DNA of 64,000 bases from Octopus bimaculoides (Eukaryota), in assembly GCF_001194135.2 (NCBI RefSeq), contig NC_068998.1:28724170-28788169 (forward strand), given 5' to 3'. This document shows positions 13,311 through 26,013 of this stretch, one piece after another. The notes under the pieces are model-generated. The model ran no database searches, had not been told where the DNA came from, and was given only the letters and a program-made list of their open reading frames with translations. The position numbers were made by a program, and so were the translations under genes. How positions within the stretch are numbered: position 1 is the stretch's first letter; the number at the start of each line of letters is the position of its first letter.

Positions 13311-14160
13311 AGGAATCCCTGTTGATCTTTTCTGTTTGGCTGGAAATTTTAAAGTTTAGTAAAAATTTTAAAACCTGGTGTTTTGATGTAATTTTCCATG
13401 CTGAATCTCAGGAGCTAATTCAATTTTTCTAGAAAGAGTTTTTTAAAGTTACAGAGGTTAAAAGTTTGATTTATTTTTACCCAGTTAGAAAGCAAGATTT
13501 GGAAGCTATCATTTGGTGAGTGACTGCACATGCAGTCATCTGTAAACAAACGAAATATTGGTGGAATTTTGCTTTACACACGCCATTTAACCTCTCATGG
13601 CTTTTCTTTTTTTTTTTTATTGTAAGAAAAGTTTTGCAAATGTGTATTCAACTCACAGGAATTCATACGATTATGCAAAAACCAAAAAAAAAAAAAAAGA
13701 TGATGTGTGATTTAAGGCCTATTTAACTATTATTTTTAGTACATTTCTCGACCACTTCATACCTCATACATTTTAAGTATTCAATAAGCGAAAAATGACC
13801 ACGTGGGCAAGCAACTCGGTAACAGTTTGGCTTGTTACACTATGGAAACAGGCACCTATATGTCTATAGCTTTTGATTGACTAAAATTACGCCAAATCTG
13901 CAAACTTTAAAAGCGATTAACTCTTTATTTATTGATTTATGGTGAAAATGAATTTCATGTCAATGATTACCCTACAAAATTACGTAATATACCAAATATT
14001 GAAATCAACTGGAACAATAATCGAAGAAATTGAAAAGCAGCAGTCAAACTGAAAAGATCCATCCCTGCTGGTCTAACTAGCATATTACAATCGCTTGATG
14101 TTTGTCTCAAACATTTTAAGGAAACCATGCTCAAAAAATGGAATGAATGGATAGTATCTA

Positions 14161-14560
14161 CTCTTTTACTTGTTTCAGTCACCCAACTGCGACCATGCTG
14201 GAGCACCCCCTTTAGTCGAGCAAATCAACCCCAAGACTTATTCTTTGTAAGCTTAGTACTTATTCTATCAGTCTCTTTTGCTGAACCAATAAGTTACGGG
14301 GATGCAAACACACCAGCATCGGTTGTCAAGTGATGTTGAGGGGACAAATACAAACACACAAACATATACACACACACACACATATATACATATATACGAC
14401 GGACTTCTTTCAGTTTCCGTCTACGAAATCCACTCACAAGGCTTTGGTTGGCCCGAGGCTATAGTAGAAGACACTTGTCCAAGGTGCCACGCAGTGGGAC
14501 TGAACCAGGAACCATGCGGCTGGTAAGCAAGCTACTTACCACACAGCCACTCCTGCGCCT
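14161..14560 (-). mobile_element. Full-length tRNA-headed SINE with internal (CA/TA) microsatellite
   Basis: Head AGGCGCAGGAGTGGCTGTGTGGTAAG...GGTTCAGTCCCAC; tail ending ...CTGAAACAAGTAAAAGAG; same family recurs several times in the window. Confidence 0.9.
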
Positions 14561-14979
14561 ATCTGGTGAACATTTGTTTATCCTGCCTGATAATATGCAT
14601 GCTGCTCTCTTGGTTTCTGTATGGGTACATGAATCATGAAATGAAATTAAAATGAAAACAGTCATGAAATCTTAAACAAAATATTCAATAAGCAACGTGA
14701 TGGATAATTAACGCAGAGGATATTCCATGACAGTAGGGAGATATTGCCCTTAAAAAACTTAGTGCTGTAGGTGATTGTTATATTGATGAATTGTGTAATC
14801 TCTATGATGACTTGCTTAGTACTAGTGACTGGGACTTACTGTTCAACAATAACAATAACAGTGAGGAAGACTTTGAATAGGTGAGTATTGCATGGATGAC
14901 CAAACTAAGGACTGTATTGTGTACCAGTAAATAACTTTTTTAGTAGTCATGTCTGTGCTTATTGTAAATTAATAGAAAT

Positions 14980-15615
14980 ACCGATATGTTAGAACAAAGG
15001 AAAACAGCTGCTGAAACAGTTGTCATGCTTTGAACAGCTTACAAGGATGCTGTCATGAGCAAAATAAGTTTCTGAGTAGTTTTCATGCTTTAGGGCAACC
15101 GTCAACCTCCCAAACAATTGAAAACATGAAAATTCATGAAATGATATTGGAGGACTGTCACTGAACAATTGATGAATTTGTTGATATGACTGGTGTGTCC
15201 TGGAGCTCCTGCCAATGAATTTTGAGCAAGGAATTGTGAATAAAAAGAGTTGCAGCAAAATTTGTGACTCATTTACTCACGGAAAATCGAAAGCAGTTAC
15301 AACTAAATGCATGTCATGAACTGAAAGAAGAGTTGGAAGTTGATCTGGATCTTCTTCAAAGGTCATCATTGGTGATGAAAGCTGCTGCTTGGAATTTGCA
15401 GATGTGGAAGAGATGAAGAAAAAACAAGAGAGGTGTTAAAAGGCATAACTTTGCAGGAGTTCCAGGACTGCTTTGAACAGTGGAAAACGCATCTGGACCA
15501 ATGCATTGCTTCAAATGGAGAATATTTTGAAGGCGATAAAAGTGTACATATGTAAAACTAAGTGAATAAAATAACATTGCAAAATTCTGGTTTCGCTTGG
15601 GTACCCCCTTGAATA
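14980..15615 (+). mobile_element. Internally deleted mariner remnant with 3' TIR-like end
   Basis: IITGDESCC-like motif and C-terminal FQDCFEQWKTHLDQCIASNGEYFEGD; left TIR not found. Confidence 0.75.
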
Positions 15616-16054
15616 CCGCGGGTGTGAGTGACCATATGCATATATAGCATGTGCGTATTTTTAGACATGTATTTGAATATAATTGTGCACGTATGGGTAT
15701 GTGCATGTGTGTGTGTGTGTGTGTGTGTGTGTGCGGACATGTATACGTGTACATGCATGGTTGCATATACATGTGCATATATAGTCGTATGTGTGGGTGT
15801 GCATGTATGTGTTTCATGAGAGTGTGGGTGAGCATCTGCATATAGGCACATGTATGTGGGTGTGTGTGCGTGCATGTGTATGTATGTACATGTGCGATTT
15901 CTATGAGCATTTTTACTTCCTTACTTTTTTACTTTCTCCCCTTGGGTTTTTTCCCCTTATTTAATGGTCATTCTAATAGCACTTTTGTCTTAATAACGGT
16001 CAATGACATAATAATTTCCCTTTGTTTAATGGTCAGTTTCATAGCATTTTTTGA

Positions 16055-16129
16055 TTGCCTTGATAACTGACGAGATGCCGGAGCAGTTTTCTGCCCTGAC
16101 ATCTGAAACTCAGAGTTTTATTATGGCAA
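16055..16129 (+). ncRNA. Type I hammerhead ribozyme fold (HHR-1), slightly degenerate
   Basis: Stem I TTGCCTTGATAA/TTATTATGGCAA; core CTGACGA 16067-16073; stem II GATG/CATC enclosing the hairpin GCAG-TTTT-CTGC; GAAA 16105-16108; near-palindromic stem III AACTC-A-GAGTT; triplet GUU. One extra U precedes GAAA. Confidence 0.7.
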
Positions 16130-16525
16130 CCGAATAATTGTCACATATATTACAGATAAATTCCTCTATTTACATAATATCGAGGTCTCATTCATTCTTT
16201 TGTTGTTGTACCATTACTATTAATTATNNNNNNNNNNNNNNNNNNNNNNNNNNNNNNNNNNNNNNNNNNNNNNNNNATATATATATATATATAGAATATG
16301 AGGGGGTTTAGTTCTCTTGTGATCTAAATGAATAGGTATGTTGGGTAAGTGCTATAGTAGGTCGACCATTAAGTTCCAAGATCACAGCTAATGCTGGATC
16401 TAGGGATCTGTGTTAGGATTCCATTATAGCATGTATATATTATATTGAAGGCAAACTCAAAACCAAAGCAGAATGAGTATCTCAAGTCATTTAGAATAAT
16501 TCAATTAGGGTAAGGTGAATTTGAA

Positions 16526-16601
16526 GTCTTACACCTGTTTCTGGGATAGCCCAAGTGGTTGGTTAACATATCCGTGTACTGGGTATTCCATCATCAGAGA
16601 C
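16526..16601 (-). ncRNA. Type I hammerhead ribozyme fold (HHR-2)
   Basis: Minus strand reads GTCT-CTGATGA-[TGGAATACCCAGT...ACTTGGGCTATCCCA]-GAAACAGGTGTA-AGAC: intact core, extended stem II, GUA triplet, 4-bp stem I. Confidence 0.72.
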
Positions 16602-16883
16602 AAGGTATGAATATTTTATACTGAGAAAAATTTACAGTTTACAAGGAATAAAATTCACAGTTTATACGGAATAAAATAGAAGAAAAAAGTAGTTTAATAG
16701 AAGAATAAAGAGTAAACGTAGTTAGAAGAGTATAGGCAGGAAAATAATGAACATTATTCTCCTGCCTGTTTACTCTTTATTCTTCTATTAAACTACTTTA
16801 TTCTTCTATTTTATCCCGTATAAACTGTGAATCTTATTCCTTGTAAACTGTAAATTTTTCCCTATTTAAAATATTCACACTTT

Positions 16884-16957
16884 GTCTCTGATGACGAAAT
16901 ACCCAGTGCACAGACATGCTAACCAACCACTTGGGTTATCCTAGAAATGACTGCAAG
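16884..16957 (+). ncRNA. Degenerate hammerhead copy (HHR-3) in the opposite arm
   Basis: GTCT-CTGATGA-CGAAATACCCAGT...ACTTGGGTTATCCTA-GAAATGACTGCA; stem III and the triplet are damaged. Confidence 0.5.
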
Positions 16958-17028
16958 TTCACCTTACCCTAATTAAATTATTCTAAATGATTTGAGATAC
17001 TTGTTCTGCCTTGGTTTTGATTTTTCCT

Positions 17029-17067
<39 letters not shown>

Positions 17068-20000
17068 ATTAAGATTCAGTTGAGTTAGGTACTTAAATCG
17101 AGGCACCAAACCAGTTCGGTATAGTCCACACAGCTTGAAGTTAGGTGAATAAAAAGCAAATGAGTAACAAGAATGTCCAGGTATCAATGCATTACGGCCA
17201 TTTCAAACCGTTCTATTTAATCAACCAATGTAAACATTACATCAATTTGCAAGAAACTGCTTTCCTCAGCGGCAGACGACCATATAGATTTCCAATATGA
17301 AGGATAAACCATTTTTTAGCACAATTTACATCAATACTAGAAACCAAAACACTTACATTGCTTCCCTTTGCTATGCTGGTGGCAAAATGAATTTAGGGAA
17401 AATGCATTTCTAAAGCCTACAATGATTTAGAGAGTAGTAGAGGAAAATAGTGGGGGTCAAGAAAATGAATGGTGAGATAGTTAATATACATTTATCTTTA
17501 TAAAATTTTATGCAGCATATAGTCTACAACCAGAATTAAATCCATTGGGGGTTGACAGTTAAGTTCCAGTTGATGGCGATAAATTAATTAATGTCAGATA
17601 CTCTCTCAGACTCTTATTTTACTGGGACCATATATCTAGCTTTATCTACATAAAAGGATATGTCTCAGGGCTGCTAGTAAGAGAATGACTAATGGAGTAG
17701 AGATGATAACTAGAAGGAGGAAGGGCAAGGGTAGCTAGTATATACCTAGATTATCAAATAAAAGGGGAATAAAGTGGAAGATAAAAGAGATCAAAATAAG
17801 TTCTAAGGGTGGGAATTAAAACCAAGGGTTACTAGGTGTATCATAACTTAGCCAATTTATCATATTAAACATTTAGAAAAGGATTTTAGAACAATATAAA
17901 GAAAAAAGGATAGATAACTTAAACCTTAAAAATGGGGTACTTTAATATATGGGGAAGTTCATAAGGTCTTTCCTTATTCTAATAATACAGCTAATCCACA
18001 ATGAATTTATAAGTAAATTAAATTATCATCTGAGTATGAGTACATAGTTTATATTAAATCAAAATCAGGATCATTATCCTTATTACAGGAGGATAAGTAT
18101 AAGATATCTAAAATATAGAATTGACTGTAAGGGGTAATTAAATTAGAGGTGTACTAACTGTATAATAGAGTACAAGAAAAGCTTTTTTACTCCAGTTGGT
18201 TGATTGTGGGGAGGGGAGCAAATTTAGTAACCAAGATAAAATGAGTAATTTCTGATCTCTTGTTATTTTCTCCCTACTTGTTTGAAATCATTACATTGTA
18301 AGTATTACATCATCATTTTGTACTGTTGCATCATCTTTAGGAGTAAAAATTGGTCAGCACAGTTGTTGCTGTTGAGAGAGTTTGAAACCTAATAGTCAGG
18401 TGACAGTAACAGGTACTTTTTTTTTTTTTTCAAGAAAATTTTGCTCAGCTTTGATCCAATTATAACTGAGGTTGCTAATAAAGTATCTGGATAATTTTTG
18501 GTGTTCAACAATCACTATTCCTTTCTCTGTTGAATTCCAAGTCAATTTTTTTTCTCATATTAATGTCTAATTGGATAATTTTTAATTTTCAAAAGATGAT
18601 GTCTAAAACGGGGCAAAATGAGTTATGACTAATTTCAATAATTTATTCTCTTTAACTGCATGGTGCATAAATATGTCAGGAAGAAAGCTACTCCAGAAAA
18701 TCGTGAAGAAACCATAGAGAATATTTTATGTTGTTTTTTGATTTAGTCAAGTTATGTTAATTTCATATCATATGCTATTTTTCCATGATCCTCTTTCATT
18801 TCACCTAAATATTTAAATTTGTTTTGCATTTCTGATATTTCTGATGGCTAAAGATGGATACTGATGTGTATGAGTCTGTTTTCAAATGTAATTCTGGAGA
18901 ACTGAAGAAACAAACTTACCTCATTGTGGCTTATTCATTTTGCCCCAGTTAAATTTGTATTTTATAGACTCAAAGGGAATGGCAATAGTTTTTGGAAATA
19001 TTGTTCAGATTGTTATAATGTTTTTAATGCATTTGGACCATAAACACTTTTTCACATAATCATGAAACTTATGGAGGAATTCAGGTTTTCCATAATTTGT
19101 TCAATTTTATTCATGAGGCTGAAATATATGCCCCCTCCCACCATGAACAGGACCCAAGTTTGTGCAAAATCTAATCTTGAGTCTAAGGAATTCACACATC
19201 AAGTTTGAGTATGATTGGTCCATTGGATTTTTAGAACATAGGTGACAAACAAACATGCAAGCAATCAATATTATATAGAGAGATAATATAAATATCCACA
19301 CTATATATGACATGACCATTATAGCACATCTTGTTTGTCTGAATAGAATGGATGCTCATATGAGCACTCATGACTATATCCTTTAAGAAAATCTTCCCTA
19401 ACTGTGTTCATTGGGAAGATCGATGCTGTAATATTATGAGTTTATTTATTATAAAGTATCATAAGACTTTGTCATATGTTTATGACCTGGTCACTGATAC
19501 AGTCTCACTTTCAAGTCACCGTATTTGGAAACATGGTACAACTCTGAAAATTTTCAAATCACTTAGCCTCTTTAATGTGTCATAAATTTTAACTGCTAAA
19601 ATGTGGAATGCCAGTATACTATATAAACTATCAAAGTCTTAATTATTTCAGCTCTAGTTTCTATTAAAAAAATTAAATCTACAGAGCAATACAAAAAGCA
19701 TGCATTATTCTTTTTACCAAAGATTATTATTTGATATTTACATAAACACATATAGCCATGCACAAAAGCTCACATTCATACACATACTCCACTCAGAGTA
19801 TGCACTGTGTGAAAACAATTAATTTTGATAATTAAGGGCAATTATATGAATTTAACATTGCATTACATTTTTCCTATAAAATTTGCCACTGGCAACACAA
19901 ATGCTGAAAGTGCTGAATTTTACTATTTAGTGTTTTTAATCAGATAGAATGCTCAGCATTTGTTGTGGATGTTTGTGAATTTCAGTGCAAGACAACATTG

Positions 20001-20100
20001 CAACTACATTGTTGTTAATAATAAGCAAAATAATTATGAAACTAATATATTGTTTTCCTGAAAGAAGCTTATATTCTTAGAGCAAATATTTGTACTTTAT

Positions 20101-20137
20101 CTTCTAATCTTTCTTTTTTCATATTTTTCAGGTAAGT
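20101..20137 (+). promoter_or_regulatory. Juxtaposed 3' and 5' splice sites (candidate recursive splice site)
   Basis: Branch-like CTAAT 20104-20108, polypyrimidine tract, CAG ending 20131, then GTAAGT 20132-20137. Confidence 0.5.
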
Positions 20138-20237
20138 ACACAGTTTTTGCTGAAAAACTGCATCAGTAAGTGGTTATTGCTTTGTTTTCTCCAAACCAGA
20201 TTTTTACATTTAAGTAAGTATTGTTTGTTTACAATAG

Positions 20238-20285
<48 letters not shown>

Positions 20286-21147
20286 GTATGTTTCACTTAG
20301 ATATCTAAGTATGGATATAGAGATAAAGATACATATGAAGAGAGGCAGAATATATTCTAGTTGATATTTCTCTGTCTTGTGTTTCCATAACATCTTGTTG
20401 ACATGTTGTCAACTACATTTGATATCCACCACTCATCACTTACTAACTTTTTAATCTTTTTTATGCATTTTTTGTCTATATCCATGGAGGCTTTGAATAT
20501 GTCCTGTGTTTAATTGTAGAGTAGTCAACCCAACTTTTAATTACAATCGTGTGTATGTATGGTTATGTATGTATATATATAATCAATAAAAAGAGTACAG
20601 TGTGCTTGCTATGAGGAGGGGAAACTCCAACATCTCACTTTGTCCTAACAAGAGAAATTAATGAGAAACAGCAGAATCATCTAACTTAAGAAATAACTGG
20701 CTGCAACTGATAAGGAACACAGGACCATGTGAGCTTCATATGTGAACAAGAAGTGGTAGGAGAAACAGTGTGAGAAGGAAGAAGAAAAGTTGATATAGAA
20801 TGAGAAGTAAGCAAAGTCAAGAGTGAGGTGAAGGGAAAAGATGAAGAGAGAGGGGAGTTGAAGGATAAAAAAGGGTTTAGTAAACTAAGGTCCATCACTG
20901 GACCTAATACAAAATATCATATTACTTAGAATTTCTATTGCATACCATCTAACCTTATATATTGTATCATATGATAACTTTGTGGCACCCTTTACATTGG
21001 TGAAACTAGCTGATTACTTTTGGGAGCATATTCAAAACATACTATTATGTACACCTGAGCCAACCTGTTCAACACTACATCACTCACTTACCAGTTATAG
21101 ACTAGCATTTCCACTTTCCAAAACTGAAAAAAAATTTTTTCCTGTAA

Positions 21148-21178
<31 letters not shown>

Positions 21179-22321
21179 GCACTGCTAGTCAGTGTGCAGA
21201 AAACATTTCATCATACTAAGACTGAATCTAAGCAATCCTAAGCATCAGTTAGTTATCATCTTATAGTAAACATACCTATTATCATTTACTTCAGAGATTT
21301 TATATTATTTTTTCCTGTTGGATATTATTATCTTAATTATACTACGATGTGGCTGTACACCAAACTAATATATTTCAAAGCGTATGAGATGGGTGGAATA
21401 ATTACACCTAAAACACTTGTCTACATATTTCAGGAAAAGCTACTTCAAATTTTGCTATCTATCATTTGTTCTTCTATGATGTTGTTATATTCATTAGTGA
21501 GGCTATATTTAGTCAATGACATCTATATACCTATAATTTCCATTTTTTTTTGTACATTATTTCTGATAATTGAAGTGTAAACACTAAGGTGTTTATGGAT
21601 TGGTGATCTCTGTGTTGTCATTATTTAGCTCACCTTCCCACCACCACCACCACTGGTGTTAGTTTTGGTAGAAGTGTTAGTGTCAACACAAGAGTAATGA
21701 CGATGGGGGTAGAGATGACTGTGGTGATCAGTGGATGATAGTATCAGTAGCAGCAATGGTGGTGGTTGGTTAGTGGTAGTAGAGGTGGCAAATTTAGATG
21801 TTGTGGAAGTTGTGGTGGTAGTGCTAGTAGTTGTAGTGATCACAGGTTTAACAAAGGTTGTGCTGCTATTGATTAGTGGGGATAATAGTAAATAATTTTT
21901 CACTGATCTATTAACTCATTAAATGCTTGCAGATTCGAGTACCCAATACATCTCCTTTTGAAAGTCATAAATATATGCTTTGAGCCCTGTCAGGGATTTG
22001 TTGCATTTTTCTGTCTCAAATTGCTGATATTGTTTTACTTTAAACCTCTTAGCAGTTATTTTATTCCTGCTTTGGCACATGATGTTCTTTCTTGCTGCTA
22101 TAAAAACTGAATTGAGGTGGGTCACCTTAGTATGTGTATATATAAAAATCCAGGTGAGCTGATATGAAGATATGAATAAATATGATTAGGCTTGGTATAT
22201 ATAAATATACATATACACATATAGATACACACACACACACACATACACAAACACACACACGCACACGTGTGCATACTCAAACACACACACGCACACGTGT
22301 GCACACACACACACACACACA

Positions 22322-25300
22322 TGTTAGGTTGTCTGGAAAGTTCTGATTGTTTTTTAATATGCAAAATGGGATATAAATAATTGACCTTTCAATAAATTGT
22401 ATTCAATAAAATAATTTCCATTACACTGGTCAGCAAAATTAAATCTGTTATACTCATTATGAATGCAAACCAACTTTTTTAGACAAATTTTTTAGGCTGA
22501 TTTCAAAATTTCACTCCATTTGTATGCAGCATGTAACATTTTTTCAATAGATACATGCAAATATTTACATATTTGTATATATGAAATCATTAACATAATA
22601 AGGACATTATTTTTAGAAAGTAAATGAGTTTATTGAGTTAAAAATCATCATTCACATTATTTACATTATTTACATTATTTACATAATTCCTCATCTCTTA
22701 AATATAGAACTGTATCACTATCATTCTACAAAGAGTGAATTCACGAAAAATGGGTCAGACAAAACAGACACAGTTAGAAACATTGTGATTTGGATTTCTT
22801 GCAGTGTTCCTGTCTTGTTGATCACAGTAAAGTGTCCAGCAGTAGTCATCCAGCATACTGTCATTCCAGAAGCCTTGGTACTGTTTCTCCATAGCACTAA
22901 TGTCCTGGTGAAATCTTTCACCATGTTCATCAGACACTGCGCCAAGGTTATCTGCGAAGAAATCCAGATGGAAGTCCAAGGGGTGAACTTTCAGTGACAT
23001 GTGGCAACCGATTGCTGAGTTACATTTCAGAAGATACTTGACGCCATCCTTGCAGTCTATTGCCCTCATGTTGCCCAAGAAATTCTCACAGATCCAATTG
23101 AAAGCATTCCAGGCAGGCAGTTCCAGTTCATCCAGTGTTGTCTTGAAGTTGACATCTTTGAGTATTTCTCTAATTTGGGGTCTGACAACTTCGCCTGTGT
23201 GATTTTGGGAAACTTTTCTACAATATACTCAAACCTTCTGATATTTCTCTTCCCTAGTGTCTTTACAAACTGCTTCATCAGTCCAAGCTTTATGTGCAAA
23301 GGAGGCAATAGGATATTACATGGATCTACAAGAAGTGTATTCTTGATGCTGGACAGTCCTGGCTGGTATGATGTCCTTGTCTGCTAGTTTGATTCTGAAT
23401 AATGTCTGCCAGTTGCCTGACTATCCCATAGACACAAGAAAGGACAGTATTTTGTGAAACCTGACTGCATTCCCATTAACATTCCAATTACTTTTAAATC
23501 TCCACATATTTTCCATGAGTATTTTTCATAGGCAATGGCATGAACTAAAAGTTCCATATTCTCATATGATTCATGAAGAAGAACAAAGTGTGCAATACGA
23601 ATGGAGGGCTTGAAATTACTGATATGGAGAAGTACAGCTTTTAAACTTCGTTTTGAAGAGTCAATAAACAAACGCCACTCTGCAGAATCATGATTTTGTG
23701 ATAAACATTCAATAAGTCCATCAATGTTAGTGCAAAAGCAAACCGAGCCTTCAACAGAAAAACACATTTGTAGAACTACATTTCGCTGCCAAAAATAAGT
23801 TATACGCACACTGTGTTCTGGCAGATACTTCTCCTTCAGTCTTGATGCCAACAGTTCTGCTTTATCTTTTGAGTAGGATAGGTCTCTGACAAGGTCATTC
23901 AGTTCAGCTTGGGAAAATTTCTGAGGTTCAAAGCTATCGTCATCAGCCACTTAATCTTCCTCAGCAGCACTATTGTGACAGTCAGCAACATGATCTGATA
24001 TTTCAATACCATCATTTGGTGGAACTGGAATTGGCAGACTTCCATTGTGAGGCACAGGTCTCATTGCGGAATCCAAATTGGGATACACAATTTTGTGTTT
24101 GTTTATTCTTCATAGAAAATCTCGTGACATTTACTTTGCAAAAATAACAGTCATTAAAATGGTCTTTTGGCTCACTCTATATCATTGGAATGGCAAAAGG
24201 CATGGGCTTCTTATTATTGAACCAGTCACATAAGTCATTTGAGCAAGCTGAGCTGATAAAATGTGGTGCCCATAACTTGTTCTGATCTCCAAGAGGACAG
24301 TTAAAGTATAGCTTATAAATCTTCTTGATCTCTGGTGTTATTGTACATTTTTGAGCTTTCACAATAAATTGTCCACAGACATAACAAAACGCATCAGGAC
24401 AATTTCTACACTGTCTTGACATTGTTGACGTTGTAAACAAGTAAGAAAATAGATACAAACAGTTATACTTATATTGAATTTGAGATGATGAAATATTTCA
24501 TGAGACCAATTATGACTGGTCAATTTGTTATGCTGAAATACCTATTTCATCAGACAAAACTTGATTGGTTAATTTAAGATGATGAAATATTGCATCTGAA
24601 CTATGCAGCAATGAATAATGTAGTTTATTCTAAAGGTATGTTTCCATGATGTAAATGAAATACATGCAAACATGTCATTAATTGGAATTTCTATATAATG
24701 CATGAGCTAAAACCCCAAAACTTTCTCATCTTGAAAACTGTCGCGATGTCAAAAAACTAATTGTATATTTGAAATCAGCATTAAAAGCTACACTAAGTAT
24801 ACCTTGACATATGCTTGATGAAAAATACTTGTTGGTCAGTATTGTTAATGACATCTGCCCAACTATCAGGCAATTTAAATATTCTATAATTATAAAATTT
24901 GACTGGTTTTGAAGAAAAAACTTTATTTAACTGCATCTAAACTCCATCTAAATCATTAAATGTTTTTCCTTACAATGAGTTCTGTGGAGACAAAAACAAG
25001 TGGTTGTTAGATGGCACAGTATCAGGAGAATATGGTGAATGGGGTGAGAGATCCCAGCCAAGTTCATGTAATTTTGCTCAGGTAGACTCATGTGGTCAGG
25101 CAATGTGTTGTTGGAACACTAACCCTTTCTTGCTAGCAATCTCCAGCCTCAATTCTTTGATTTTTTGGTTCAAATTAGCCAGCTGACAACAATACACATC
25201 AGAATTAATTGGTCTGGTTTTGTGGGAGAAGCTCATAATAACTAATGCCTTTATGATCCCAATAAACACAAAGCATAACTTTTTTGGCATGGATATTTAT

Positions 25301-26009
25301 CTTTGGTTGCTGTTTTGGAGGATCCTTATGCAAACTCCAGGATCTTTTTCCCACTACGTTTTCATAGACAAACCAATCTTCATCTCCAGTCACAAGTTGT
25401 TTAAAAAAAGGCATGCTTTCAGTATGTTTCAAAAGTATATCACAAATGGAATACCGGTCCAAGCAATTCTTTTCTGAAGTTTGTGAAGGATCCATACATT
25501 ATAGTGTGAAATGTATCCTGGCTTCACTAGGTGTTCATGAGCTGTACTTCTAACTCCTCTGCAAATTCTCTAGTTGTGATATTTAAGTTTTCTTCGATTT
25601 TTGCCTTCAAAACATCTTCATCCAATTTTGAAGGTCTTCCACTATGTCATCTTCCAAGCTAAACTTTCCAGCTTTAAATTTTGCAAACCTCTTTTGAACA
25701 GTTGATTCACCTACAGCATCATCACCATAAACTTCACAAATGTTTTTGCAAGTCTTTGCAGCATTTTCTTCTTTTTTAAAAAAGAAAAACATTACAATAT
25801 GAATATGAAATTTTTGATTATCCATTTCAAATGTCAATAAAAGGTAACCGGAATGAAAGATAAATCTATTTTTAGTCAGGAAAAAAGAAGAGATGCACTA
25901 ACACTTCAAGCAACGCCAAAGTTTTAACTGTGTTACATTTCAGGTGCGCTCAATGAAGTTTTAAAAGATTTAGCTCAAAAATGTTCAGAACTTTCCAGTC
26001 AACCTAATA
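22322..26009 (-). mobile_element. Mariner transposon (~1.27 kb net) interrupted by a 2.4-kb insertion
   Basis: TIRs TGTTAGGTTGTCTGGAAAGTTCTGA and reverse-complemented TATTAGGTTGACTGGAAAGTTCTGA; ORF pieces FHIHIVMFFFFKKEENAA, LVTGDEDW and HAKKVMLCVYWD; the C-terminus DVINNNGNYFIE* rejoins across the insertion. Confidence 0.92.
22424..24841 (-). mobile_element. Chapaev3-like (CMC superfamily) DNA transposon, decayed
   Basis: CACTG/(T)ACTG termini; inverted subterminal GCTGATTTCAAA at 22496-22507 and 24768-24779; transposase motifs CRNCPDAFCYVCG, WAPH, KICGDLKV, PPLHIKLGLMKQFVK, HLDFFADNLGAVSDEHGERFHQDI and DYCW. Family assignment from recalled motifs. Confidence 0.78.
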
Positions 26010-26013
26010 TATA

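Larger units (their letters stand above)
16457..17020. repeat. ~560-bp fold-back, probably inverted pseudo-LTRs of a Penelope-like element
   Basis: Arms are reverse-complementary from TCAAAACC to GGTTTTGA, centred near 16750, with almost no spacer and a ~17-nt extra block in the left arm. Confidence 0.85.

Noticed and set aside
15356-16070. His/Thr- or Cys/Val-rich ORFs
   Set aside because: Translations of degenerate (CA/TG) microsatellite; the same applies to ORFs at 7947, 22122, 31014, 33573, 43523, 60051 and 61262.
18560-19320. Minus-strand exon or named transposon near the GAG|GTAAGT at ~18920
   Set aside because: All frames contain stops and no family motif could be recognised.
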